IMG/VR virus record: IMGVR_UViG_3300026737_000001
Source: a virus
Lineage: Duplodnaviria; Heunggongvirae; Uroviricota; Caudoviricetes
Direction: 5' to 3' (one strand)
DNA: 64,000 bases
Below are positions 10,372-19,319 of the stretch, in pieces; position 1 is the first letter of the stretch; each line of letters opens with the position of its first letter. The position numbers and the translations under genes are program-made. The notes beneath the pieces are model-generated. The model was not told where the DNA came from. It did not search any database and saw nothing but the letters and a program-made list of their open reading frames with translations.

Positions 10372-11238
10372 TTGCTAAAAAAAGGCATTGTTAGGCCAAT
10401 TGCATATGACGAAATAAGCCATAAGTTTTTACTAAAAAATATAAAAAACCATACACATACTGATTATATGAAGCAAAAAAATATGAGAAAATACTCAACA
10501 GAAGATTTGTATTTTATGTATAATTCATACATTAATTATAATTTAAGGAATTTACTTAATTTGAGCGTATTTGAATTTTCTTGGGAACATCCAAGCAAAA
10601 TAAAAAATAGAGATTTTGATATAGAAGAAAACTGGGTTATACAAGATAATACAGATATGTATTTGAGACAAACAAAAGAAAATAAAGTAAATTTAGGATT
10701 AGATATCTTAGAGAACGGAACTTACTGGCCAATAGTTGTTGAAGTAATAGATGGAGATTTATATGTATACGAGGGTAACCATAGAGCTTTTGCTATAAAA
10801 AAGATGGTAGAAACTGGCGATTGGCCAGAAGATAAAAAGGTGCTTTGTATGAGGGTTAATGGCGACTACCAAAGAATCAAAGCTAGAAAAAAAGTAATAG
10901 AATTAGAGAGACCAGTAAAACAGTTAGCTCCGTTTGTGACAATTTACGGAGATGAAAATAATAAAAAAGAGGATAGAGATTTTATAGAAAAGAACTTATT
11001 TAAATCTGATAATATTGAATTTCATAGTGATAAAAAAATACTATTAAAAAAAGAAGTTTATGACTATAGCAGCTTACTTTTTTTAACTCAAGCATTGCCT
11101 CACTGGATGAGAGATATTATATGGTTAAATCAAAATGATACAGGCACTCCAATAAAGTCAAGCAGAGTTGTTAATGATGAGAGTTTATGGAATAGATTTG
11201 TTGGAGGAGAAATTTTTAATGAAAATATAGATAATTAG
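10372..11238 (+). CDS. ParB/Srx-fold (ParB-like nuclease/NTPase domain) protein, paralog 1
   Basis: TTG start with RBS GGAGGTG at 10358. The motif 'NGTYWPIVVEVIDGDLYVYEGNHRAFAIKK' resembles the ParB N-domain GxxR/'DGHHR'-type motif. Paralogous to the next ORF, sharing 'YMYNSYINYNL', 'LGLDILENGTYWP', 'WPEDKK(V/M)LC' and 'HW(M/L)RDI(I/F)WL'. Confidence 0.5.
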   Translation: MLKKGIVRPIAYDEISHKFLLKNIKNHTHTDYMKQKNMRKYSTEDLYFMYNSYINYNLRNLLNLSVFEFSWEHPSKIKNRDFDIEENWVIQDNTDMYLRQTKENKVNLGLDILENGTYWPIVVEVIDGDLYVYEGNHRAFAIKKMVETGDWPEDKKVLCMRVNGDYQRIKARKKVIELERPVKQLAPFVTIYGDENNKKEDRDFIEKNLFKSDNIEFHSDKKILLKKEVYDYSSLLFLTQALPHWMRDIIWLNQNDTGTPIKSSRVVNDESLWNRFVGGEIFNENIDN

Positions 11239-11243
11239 CAAGG

Positions 11244-12119
11244 GTGGGACTATTGAACAGATATAATATAGATAGACTAAAGCTTGATTATGATGAAAGA
11301 AATGATAGGCATGTTCTGCCTGCACTTTACAGGCATTTACACACGGCGTATTTAAACCAGGAAAACTCATGTATATTTGATAAAGAATATATAAAATATA
11401 TGTACAATACATATATTAATTATAATTTGAAAAATATTTTAGAAGCTGAGCTTTTTAGGTTTTTATGGATTCACCCTAAATTTATTTATATAACAGAAAA
11501 GAAAAAGAAAGAAGAGCAGTGGGCAATGAGAAATCAAGCAAATCAATTTAAAGATGCTTACCTTGTAGAATCCAGGAACAATAAGGAAAAGTTAGGCTTG
11601 GACGTGTTAAAAAACGGTACTTACTGGCCACTAGTTATATCAGCCAGAAGGTATCAAAGATTGTTTTATGTCTATGAAGGTAGCCACCGAATGTTATCAA
11701 TAAGAAGCCTTTATAAAAATAATTTATGGCCAGAAGATAAAAAGATGTTATGTTTAAATATAATAACTAGAGATTTTTATGAATTAAAATATGGCAAGGA
11801 ATTTATAGAATTAAAAAAACCAATAGAACAAGTATTACCTTTTTCTGTAGTTTATGGAGACGAATATAATACACCAGACGGAAAAGAATTTGTTAAAGAT
11901 AAATGTTTTAAGAGAGATGGAGCTTCATTTTTTGACCCAAAGAAAGAACTAATTAAAATGAAAATATATAATTATAGCGACCTTTTGTATGCAAATCAAA
12001 GTATGTCACACTGGTTGAGAGATATATTTTGGCTTTATAAAGAAAATAATGAAGACATTATAAAACCAAGCAAAATAATAAATAGTGAAGATAAATGGAA
12101 TAAATTCATAGGGGGTTAA
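11244..12119 (+). CDS. ParB/Srx-fold protein, paralog 2
   Basis: GTG start (alternative TTG at 11253). 'YWPLVISARRYQRLFYVYEGSHRMLSIR' is the same motif family as paralog 1. Stop 1 nt before the next gene. Confidence 0.5.
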   Translation: MGLLNRYNIDRLKLDYDERNDRHVLPALYRHLHTAYLNQENSCIFDKEYIKYMYNTYINYNLKNILEAELFRFLWIHPKFIYITEKKKKEEQWAMRNQANQFKDAYLVESRNNKEKLGLDVLKNGTYWPLVISARRYQRLFYVYEGSHRMLSIRSLYKNNLWPEDKKMLCLNIITRDFYELKYGKEFIELKKPIEQVLPFSVVYGDEYNTPDGKEFVKDKCFKRDGASFFDPKKELIKMKIYNYSDLLYANQSMSHWLRDIFWLYKENNEDIIKPSKIINSEDKWNKFIGG

Positions 12120-12120
12120 A

Positions 12121-13026
12121 ATGCTTTCTCATATAAAAAGAATAGAGATAGAGATTAATGGGTATTGTAATAGAGAATGTCATTGGTGTCCAAACAAGGA
12201 TATTCAAAGAGATAAGAATCTTCCTATGCCGGAGGATACTTTTTTAAAATTAATCCAAGACCTTAAAAAAAATAATTTTAATAAAAATAAAAATAAAATA
12301 TTCAACAAGATTTCATTTAATAGATTTTCTGAGCCAATGGCAGATATTAAATTACTTAAAAAAAGGTCTAACCAATTAAAAAATATCCTTGATAACGTAT
12401 ATTTATACGTAAATACTAATGGCGACTTTTTAAACAAAAAGAATATTAGCAATCTTAATTTAGATAGAATAAATGTTATGGACTATGATTGCAGAGGTAC
12501 AGCATATGGTTTTGAGCTAATAAACAATCTAGGCCTAAAAGTTAGAAGATTTGACACTGAAAATAAATATATATCAGCTATAGATGATAACTCTTTTGAG
12601 TTAAGGTATTTTTATAATTGGCCTCTGAATAACAATATAGAAAATATAGCTGAACTTTTAGATATTGAAAACAAAATAAAAATTAAAGACCCTCATAATC
12701 ATGAGTACAAAAATATAGAGTGGCACAGCAACAGGAAAAGCAGACAAAGAAATAAAAAGTGCATAGAAATTTTTAATTATATTTCTATTGACTATAATGG
12801 TAACGTTATGCCTTGTTGCCATATGAGAAGTGATGCTAAAAAGCATGAGGATTTCATACTCGGAAATATAAACGAAAAAAGTATATCAAATATATATTAC
12901 TCAAAAAAATCTAAAAAATTTAGAAACATAATGCTTGGGAAAATTGATGATTACCCCAAAATATGCAAGAGATGTCATAAATATAGGGACAATGAAGAAA
13001 TTAAAAATATTAAGGAATGCTGGTGA
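12121..13026 (+). CDS. radical SAM enzyme with SPASM/twitch-like C-terminal Cys motif, paralog 1
   Basis: N-terminal CxxxCxxC 'GYCNRECHWCPNK' at aa 15-23, 'NTNGDF' core strand, and C-terminal 'YNGNVMPCCHMRSDAKKHEDFILGN...KICKRCHKY'. Confidence 0.65.
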   Translation: MLSHIKRIEIEINGYCNRECHWCPNKDIQRDKNLPMPEDTFLKLIQDLKKNNFNKNKNKIFNKISFNRFSEPMADIKLLKKRSNQLKNILDNVYLYVNTNGDFLNKKNISNLNLDRINVMDYDCRGTAYGFELINNLGLKVRRFDTENKYISAIDDNSFELRYFYNWPLNNNIENIAELLDIENKIKIKDPHNHEYKNIEWHSNRKSRQRNKKCIEIFNYISIDYNGNVMPCCHMRSDAKKHEDFILGNINEKSISNIYYSKKSKKFRNIMLGKIDDYPKICKRCHKYRDNEEIKNIKECW

Positions 13027-13030
13027 TATA

Positions 13031-13861
13031 ATGTTTTCTCATATTTCAGGTGTAGAAATAGCTTTCCACAGCCAGTGCAATAGAAAATGCGAGTGGTGCC
13101 CAAATAAATATATAGATAGAACTTTTTATAAAGAGTTTGATGAAGATATTTTTCTAAAATTATTAAGTGATTTAAAGGAAAACGGCTTCGGAGAAAAAGA
13201 CTCTTCTACAATATCTATTTCAAGATTTCATGAAGCATTTATTAATCCTGAGCTTGCAAGAAAAAGGTCAAAGCAAATAAAAAAAATACTTCCAGATGTT
13301 CATCTACTTATCAAATCTAATGGTGATTTTATAACAAAAGAAAACATAAAAGATATACCATTTGATAGGTTAAACATAATGGACTATGACGGTGTTGGAA
13401 GTGCAAGCTGTTTAATAAAAATAAATGATATAGGTTTTAATTTTGATTTTATAAGAGCTAAAAACTCATATATCCGCGCAAGGGATGAAAACTCAAGAAT
13501 TATTATATATAAATCTAACTGGAAGAGAAATGTAGAACTGGAGGATAGAGCTGGTTTATTAGACCCAAACTCAATAAATGATATGGAATGGATAAAGAAA
13601 GACAAAAAAAGAAATAGATTTTGTGGAGAGCCATTTAATACAATTATTGTTGATTATGATGGAAGTGTAATGCCTTGCTGCCACATGAGGCATGATGCAA
13701 AAAAGCATCAAGAATTTATATTAGGAAATCTTCATGAAAAAAGCATAGTTGAGATATATAAATCAGAAAAAGCTAAAAAAATAATGAAAAAATTCGAGAA
13801 AATAAAAACTATGCCAGGAGTTTGCACTTATTGCCATAAGCCTGAAGGGGGTAACAAATAA
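13031..13861 (+). CDS. radical SAM enzyme, paralog 2 (start moved from the listed 12935 to the conserved 'MFSHI')
   Basis: 'FHSQCNRKCEWCPNK', 'KSNGDF', 'YDGSVMPCCHMRHDAKKHQEFILGN...GVCTYCHKP'. The N-terminus aligns with paralogs 1 and 3 at ATG 13031. Confidence 0.6.
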   Translation: MFSHISGVEIAFHSQCNRKCEWCPNKYIDRTFYKEFDEDIFLKLLSDLKENGFGEKDSSTISISRFHEAFINPELARKRSKQIKKILPDVHLLIKSNGDFITKENIKDIPFDRLNIMDYDGVGSASCLIKINDIGFNFDFIRAKNSYIRARDENSRIIIYKSNWKRNVELEDRAGLLDPNSINDMEWIKKDKKRNRFCGEPFNTIIVDYDGSVMPCCHMRHDAKKHQEFILGNLHEKSIVEIYKSEKAKKIMKKFEKIKTMPGVCTYCHKPEGGNK

Positions 13862-13862
13862 A

Positions 13863-14735
13863 GTGTTTTCAAAAATAAAAAATCTAGAATTAGAATTTCA
13901 CAGCCAGTGCAACAGAAAATGCGAGTGGTGCCCAAACAAAGATATAGACAGGACCTTCTACAAAGAGCTTGATGAAGATGTTTTTTTGAAGTTGTTAAAT
14001 GATTTAAAAAGAAACAAATTTAACTTATATAGAAATGCAACTGTTTATATTGCAAGATATCATGAGCCTCTCATAAATATAAAGCTTTTAAATAAAAGAA
14101 TAAAGCAAATAAAAAATTTTTTCCCTTATATAAATATAGTTGTAAAAACTAACGGAGATTTTGTTGAAAAACTTGACTTAAAAGATTTTTATGCTACAAG
14201 GTTAAACATTATGGATTATGATTGCCTTGGTGCAGAAAAGGTGAAGAAAAAAATATCTGAGGCTGGTTTTAAAAATATTAAATACAACAAAAAAAATAAG
14301 CAAATATTGTCAAAATCAAAATATGGAACTACAGCTCTATACAGAGTAGATTGGCCAAAACATGCACTTTTAGAAAATAGAGGAGGGCTTTTAAGTCAAG
14401 AAGAAGTAATTCATAATAGAACAAAATTAAAATGGAGAAAAAACAGAGAAGAGAGAACGGAAATCTGTACAGAACCATTAGATTCGATATATATAGACTA
14501 CAATGGCTCTGTTATGCCTTGTGCACACACAAGAAGTGATGCAGATTCTCACAAAGAATTAATACTTGGAAACCTTTATAAAAGCGATATAGATGATATA
14601 TATAAATCTAGTAGAACTAAAAAAATACTGGCCAAATTCAGTAATAAAAACTCTATGCCTCAAGCATGTAATAACTGCCACAGAAACACAGATGGAAAAT
14701 CTCATGCATCTAGTGTTAATGGATTAGTTTTTTAG
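13863..14735 (+). CDS. radical SAM enzyme, paralog 3
   Basis: GTG start 1 nt after the previous stop. 'FHSQCNRKCEWCPNK', 'KTNGDF', 'YNGSVMPCAHTRSDADSHKELILGN...QACNNCHRN'. Confidence 0.6.
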   Translation: MFSKIKNLELEFHSQCNRKCEWCPNKDIDRTFYKELDEDVFLKLLNDLKRNKFNLYRNATVYIARYHEPLINIKLLNKRIKQIKNFFPYINIVVKTNGDFVEKLDLKDFYATRLNIMDYDCLGAEKVKKKISEAGFKNIKYNKKNKQILSKSKYGTTALYRVDWPKHALLENRGGLLSQEEVIHNRTKLKWRKNREERTEICTEPLDSIYIDYNGSVMPCAHTRSDADSHKELILGNLYKSDIDDIYKSSRTKKILAKFSNKNSMPQACNNCHRNTDGKSHASSVNGLVF

Positions 14736-14746
14736 GAGGTGGTCAA

Positions 14747-14971
14747 ATGGCTAAATTTAACATAATGAACGAAAACGAAAACACTATTGTTATTTCAAAA
14801 GGTTACGAAAAATTAACAGATGAAAACGCTGAACTAGCAAGCGACCTAGACTACATTACAAAAGAAGAATTAATAGAGGCGGTTCATGTACTTGCAGCAG
14901 AAATAAGTAAGCTAAAAGGAGAACCATTCGATATTAAATTTACTTATGAGAATAAAAAAAATAAACTTTAA
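14747..14971 (+). CDS. small acidic hypothetical protein (74 aa) closing the cassette
   Basis: RBS GGAGGTGG 7 nt upstream. Acidic, helical, no Cys. Confidence 0.45.
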   Translation: MAKFNIMNENENTIVISKGYEKLTDENAELASDLDYITKEELIEAVHVLAAEISKLKGEPFDIKFTYENKKNKL

Positions 14972-15030
14972 GTTTTATGTTTAGTAATGTTTGATAAATA
15001 AAACTAAAAAAAGAAGGGAGGTGACTATAG

Positions 15031-15624
15031 ATGCCATATAAAGAAAACTTAATAATTGCAATTAGCGCAGGACATGGAGGAAAGGACGGAGGGGCTGTCG
15101 ACCCTAAAGACAAAAAGTATGATGATGATATTTATGAAGATGAAATCTACACAGAAGAAAGCGAAAAGAACTTAAAGGCAGCAAAGATGCTTAAGAGTTT
15201 ATTCGAACTAAAAACAGAGCACAAAGTAGTAATGATTAGGGATAAAGACGAATATGTAAAGCTTAGCGAAAGGTGCAATATAGCAAACAATGAAAAGGCA
15301 GATTTGTTTATTTCAATCCATGCTAATGCAGCAGCTGCAGAGAGTGCTGAAGGCTTTGAGACACTTCATTACCCTACCAGTATTGGTGGTAAAAAGCTTG
15401 CAGGCTTAATACAAGGAGAAGTAATAAGGGACCTTAATCCTCGTGATAGAGGCCTTAAAGAAAGAAAGAACTTATACGTATTAAAAAACACTCATATGCC
15501 AGCAGTCTTGATAGAGATGGGTTTTATTACAAATATAGAAGAAGAAAAGAAACTAAATAACGATGACTACTTAAAGCTAATGATGAATGATGTAGTTAAT
15601 GCAGTAAGAAGATACAACAGCTAA
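15031..15624 (+). CDS. N-acetylmuramoyl-L-alanine amidase (Amidase_3 family) endolysin
   Basis: RBS GAAGGGAGGTG. Motifs 'ISAGHGGKDGGA', 'FISIHANA' and 'ETLHY' are typical of CwlC-type amidase_3. Confidence 0.7.
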   Translation: MPYKENLIIAISAGHGGKDGGAVDPKDKKYDDDIYEDEIYTEESEKNLKAAKMLKSLFELKTEHKVVMIRDKDEYVKLSERCNIANNEKADLFISIHANAAAAESAEGFETLHYPTSIGGKKLAGLIQGEVIRDLNPRDRGLKERKNLYVLKNTHMPAVLIEMGFITNIEEEKKLNNDDYLKLMMNDVVNAVRRYNS

Positions 15625-15668
15625 AATTTTAATAGGGGGAGCATTTAAATAAAAAGGGTGACAAAAAG

Positions 15669-16292
15669 ATGAAAATAATAGCAGACGCAAAAACAAATCA
15701 TAATGGAAATATAGTATTCGCTAAAAAACTAATAGAGGAAGCCTTTATGGCAGGAGCAGATATTATATCCTTTGATGTTAAAGTTCCAGAGCTATCAATC
15801 ACTAGAGATGATTGGTTTAAACTGATTGATACTCCCTGGGGCCAGATGCTCAATATAGATTGCGAGAGAAGATTACAGCTTAGAAAAAAAGAATTGAAAG
15901 AAATAGATAAATATTCAAAAAAAGTTGGTATCAAATGGATGCCTAAAGTATACGACTCAAAAAGTTTAAATTGCATTTTACAGTTCGATATTCCATACAT
16001 AGAGCTATGTCAAGGTTTTAAATTTAAAAAGGAACTAATTAAAAAAGCAAAAGAAAGTAAAGTTCATATATTATTACCTTCATCTGAACTTAAATTCTCA
16101 GAAGGGTGTGAACTTTCCTTGTACTTTGGTGAAAGATATGCAGAAAAATACGGACTCACCTTTTTAGCTAAAAATAACACTGAGGGTTTCGGCATTATTA
16201 AAAGAGGCCTTACTCTAGATAAAAATATGTGGACTAAAGAAGATAACAACCTTAACAAAACAGAGTTTAAGAATTTTATTTTAAACTTGTAA
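15669..16292 (+). CDS. NeuB/sialic-acid-synthase-like N-terminal domain protein (short)
   Basis: 'KIIADAKTNHNGNIVFAKKLIEEAFMAGADIISFDVK' resembles the NeuB/PseI/SpsE N-terminal TIM-barrel signature 'IIAE.G.NHNG....AK.LI..A...GADA.KFQ'. Only about 60% of full NeuB length. Confidence 0.35.
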   Translation: MKIIADAKTNHNGNIVFAKKLIEEAFMAGADIISFDVKVPELSITRDDWFKLIDTPWGQMLNIDCERRLQLRKKELKEIDKYSKKVGIKWMPKVYDSKSLNCILQFDIPYIELCQGFKFKKELIKKAKESKVHILLPSSELKFSEGCELSLYFGERYAEKYGLTFLAKNNTEGFGIIKRGLTLDKNMWTKEDNNLNKTEFKNFILNL

Positions 16293-16308
16293 AAGGAGGC
16301 AAAGATAA

Positions 16309-17004
16309 GTGGAAAAAGTAATGACTAAGATTAATGACGGCTTAATAAAAAATGAAGACTACAGGTTCAAAAATAAAGATAAATTAAAAAATAAAATAAA
16401 AGAGCTCGGCTTTGAAATAGAAGAAGCTCTGCCTGACATAGTTAATACAGATAAAAAGGAAGTTTACTATACATTTAATGAGTATAAAGTTGCCGACACC
16501 GAAAAGTACTTAAAAGTGTTAGATGAGCTTAAGATTGGTGATGTTATCAACCAGGAGATTAATAATAAGCTCTTTGATATTACAAGCTTAAGTTTCTTAT
16601 CTTCGGTTTATTCAATTATATCTTACGATAAAAAAAGCGTAACCTTTTATTTATACAAAAAGGGCTTAAATAATGAACAACTCAACAAACTTAAAAGTAT
16701 GACTAATACTGATGATTTAGTTTTAAGCAGTTTTATTTTAGATAAAGCTTACCTTATAGGTGTTGATTACAATCTGGAAACAAACAAAATAGAAGATAAT
16801 TTAAGACTTTATTTTACAGTAAACAGGGTAAAGTACGAAGATGTCTCAGAGCCTTTAACTGATGAGGACTTAAAAGAATTCGAAACAATATTAGATGAAA
16901 AAATAAATGATATTAAAACTAATTTTGAAATAGAAAAAGAACTTGAAGCACTGGCAGTGGTTATAGAAAACGGAGCATTAAAACATTACAATTACTATTT
17001 TTAA
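16309..17004 (+). CDS. hypothetical protein
   Basis: ORF with RBS AAGGAGG upstream. Confidence 0.4.
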   Translation: MEKVMTKINDGLIKNEDYRFKNKDKLKNKIKELGFEIEEALPDIVNTDKKEVYYTFNEYKVADTEKYLKVLDELKIGDVINQEINNKLFDITSLSFLSSVYSIISYDKKSVTFYLYKKGLNNEQLNKLKSMTNTDDLVLSSFILDKAYLIGVDYNLETNKIEDNLRLYFTVNRVKYEDVSEPLTDEDLKEFETILDEKINDIKTNFEIEKELEALAVVIENGALKHYNYYF

Positions 17005-17018
17005 GGAGTGGAGAGGCT

Positions 17019-18128
17019 TTGGTAATCTTACAGGGGTTTTATTGGAACTGTCTTGAGAATTGGTGGGAGCATTTAGAGTATCTGGCTGAAGAGATAGCAA
17101 ACAAGGGCTTTGATACAGTCTGGCTTCCACCTGTTTCAAAGGGCATGAATGGTTCTAACTCAATGGGCTATGATATTAAAGAACATTACAACTTAGATTC
17201 TAGGTTTGGTACTAAAGAAACACTCAAAAAACTAATAAATAAACTACATAAAGAAGATGTTAATGTCATGGCTGATTTAGTATTAGGCCATATGCTTGGA
17301 GGAGAGCTTGAGTATAATCCTTATTTTGATAAAAAAACATATACAAAATTTGAAGATGAATTATTTAAAAAAAATTACAGACACTTCTGTCACGAATGTG
17401 GAAACTGTGACAGCCGCAACTCATTTGGAGAAACAATCTGTTATTCCTCTGATGATAAATATATGGCAGATGGTTTAATAAATTGGGCAAAATGGCTCAA
17501 AGATGAGATAGGTTTCGACAGTTTTCGACTAGATAACATAAAAGATATGCGATGGGATTTTACAAAAGTATTCACACAATATTTTAAGCTTGACACATTT
17601 ATGATGGGCGAATACTGGGAAGGTGCAGATTCAAAACTAAATGAGGTTCACTCTTATAATCCAGACTTAAATTTATTAAATTTTCCCTTATTTTACAAAT
17701 TAAGAGATATGTGTATGAATCCTGATTTTGATATCAGAAAACTTGAAGAAATAAACAAAAACAAAAGGGTTAATTTTCTTGCTAATCACGATATTGAAAG
17801 AAGAGAGAGAAGTTCAAATAAGGATGCAATCTCAGAGAAAAAAGAGCTTGCATATGCATATATATTCTTCCAGGACAATCCAGTTGTTGTTTTCTGGGAT
17901 GATTACTTTAGATATGAACTGAAAGACCAAATAGATACTCTTATCGGAGTTAAAAAGGAAACAGAAAAAGAGGGCCTTGAGATTATCAAATCAACATGTA
18001 ACATTTACCACGCTAAAAGAGGATGTTACGAACTAATAATCAACAACGGAGGCAACGCAGAAATGGTTCAAGGGTTTAAAATTGAGCCAAGGTCCTACAT
18101 TATCTTAAATGGGGGTGATAAGTTATAA
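17019..18128 (+). CDS. GH13 alpha-amylase-family catalytic-domain protein
   Basis: Regions I-IV are recognisable: 'VMADLVLGHM', 'GFDSFRLDNIKDM', 'MMGEYWEG', 'FLANHDIER'. N-terminal 'LQGFYWN'. Confidence 0.55.
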   Translation: MVILQGFYWNCLENWWEHLEYLAEEIANKGFDTVWLPPVSKGMNGSNSMGYDIKEHYNLDSRFGTKETLKKLINKLHKEDVNVMADLVLGHMLGGELEYNPYFDKKTYTKFEDELFKKNYRHFCHECGNCDSRNSFGETICYSSDDKYMADGLINWAKWLKDEIGFDSFRLDNIKDMRWDFTKVFTQYFKLDTFMMGEYWEGADSKLNEVHSYNPDLNLLNFPLFYKLRDMCMNPDFDIRKLEEINKNKRVNFLANHDIERRERSSNKDAISEKKELAYAYIFFQDNPVVVFWDDYFRYELKDQIDTLIGVKKETEKEGLEIIKSTCNIYHAKRGCYELIINNGGNAEMVQGFKIEPRSYIILNGGDKL

Positions 18129-18186
18129 TTCAAAAGGGGCTATCACAGGGGGGACATTAAATATGTCTAGGAGGTAACTTAAGAAG

Positions 18187-18567
18187 ATGGTAGAATTCAC
18201 AAAATTAATCTCAGTACTAGGAGACACACTATCAAACCCTTATCTCTACTTGATAGCTATGTTAGTTGGTGTAATCTATTCAATAGTCAAGGTCATGATT
18301 GAAAGAGAAAGAGAAAACTCAAAAGAAAAATCGGAGATGCTTGATAAAGTAATCTGTGATGCGGAAGAGACGAGAAAGCTCTTAACTCAGTCACAAAAAA
18401 ACCAGACTAAATTTGCACATACATTAGAAGTGCAGATGGGAGAACACCGCCACGCAATTAAGGAGATAGCAACAGCTGTAGCGGAAATGAGAAAGGATTT
18501 AAGCGAGGTAAAGGTCGACTTAAAGGGAGAGATTGAAAGTATAAAAAAGGATATTGAGAGACGGTAA
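18187..18567 (+). CDS. holin-like membrane protein (one TM plus coiled coil)
   Basis: N-terminal TM 'LYLIAMLVGVIYSIVKVMI' followed by a charged helical tail. RBS GGAGGTAA. Confidence 0.4.
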   Translation: MVEFTKLISVLGDTLSNPYLYLIAMLVGVIYSIVKVMIERERENSKEKSEMLDKVICDAEETRKLLTQSQKNQTKFAHTLEVQMGEHRHAIKEIATAVAEMRKDLSEVKVDLKGEIESIKKDIERR

Positions 18568-18612
18568 AGGCATAAAAAGGAGGTTAAAAAGGGGGTAAAA
18601 ATTTAAATAGGA

Positions 18613-18858
18613 GTGGTCTTAATGGAAGAAAAAAGAGAGTTTTTAGACAGGGACCAGGATGGAGTAGATGACAGAGTGGAGAGAATTATAGATTATATCT
18701 TAGCCTTGGTGCTTCTTTTGATTACTGTGCCGGCTTTTTTCCTCAAGATGATTGATTTTGAAGATGTAAAAATTGTCTTTTATCTTGTTGTAGGTCTTTC
18801 CGGCGGGATGACGATGCTTAAAGGTATTTTAAAGGAACTGCTTAAGAACTTTAAATAA
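18613..18858 (+). CDS. small two-TM membrane protein (holin/antiholin candidate)
   Basis: Two hydrophobic segments, 'ILALVLLLITVPAFF' and 'IVFYLVVGLSGGMTML'. Confidence 0.4.
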   Translation: MVLMEEKREFLDRDQDGVDDRVERIIDYILALVLLLITVPAFFLKMIDFEDVKIVFYLVVGLSGGMTMLKGILKELLKNFK

Positions 18859-18878
18859 AAAAAAGAAGGTGCGAATTT

Positions 18879-19319
18879 ATGTTTAATAAAATAAAGGAAG
18901 CTTTGGTTTATATTCTATCAGGGATAGGTGCTGCTTTAGCATTTGTTTTCTTCAGTAAAAGTAAAGATAAAGAAGAGATAGAAAGAAAAATCAAAAGCAA
19001 AAAAGAAAAGGAAAAGAGAATTAGAGAAGAGGTAAAAATCAGGCAGGAGCAGCTAAAAAAAGACGCTAAGAAATATGACAAAGAGTTTGAGGATTCGATG
19101 CAGAAGACCAAAGAGATGAAAGAGAAGAGAGACTTAATTCAAAAACAGATTGAACAACAGAAAGAAAAAAATAGGGAAAAAGAAAAGGAAATTGAAACCC
19201 TAAAAAAGGAGCTCGAGGACGATGAGAATGCACCCGGAGAATTTGGCGACTCTGATGGCGACGCTGCTTATAGTTATATTATTGATAGTATTAATGATGA
19301 TGGGAAGCCAGAAGGCTAA
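18879..19319 (+). CDS. membrane-anchored KE-rich coiled-coil protein
   Basis: N-terminal TM followed by a low-complexity Lys/Glu coiled coil. Confidence 0.4.
   Translation: MFNKIKEALVYILSGIGAALAFVFFSKSKDKEEIERKIKSKKEKEKRIREEVKIRQEQLKKDAKKYDKEFEDSMQKTKEMKEKRDLIQKQIEQQKEKNREKEKEIETLKKELEDDENAPGEFGDSDGDAAYSYIIDSINDDGKPEG

Noticed and set aside
12935-13030. Listed start of the second rSAM gene at 12935, overlapping the first rSAM by ~90 nt
   Set aside because: The paralog alignment puts the conserved N-terminus 'M(L/F)S(H/K)I' at ATG 13031. The upstream extension is not conserved.
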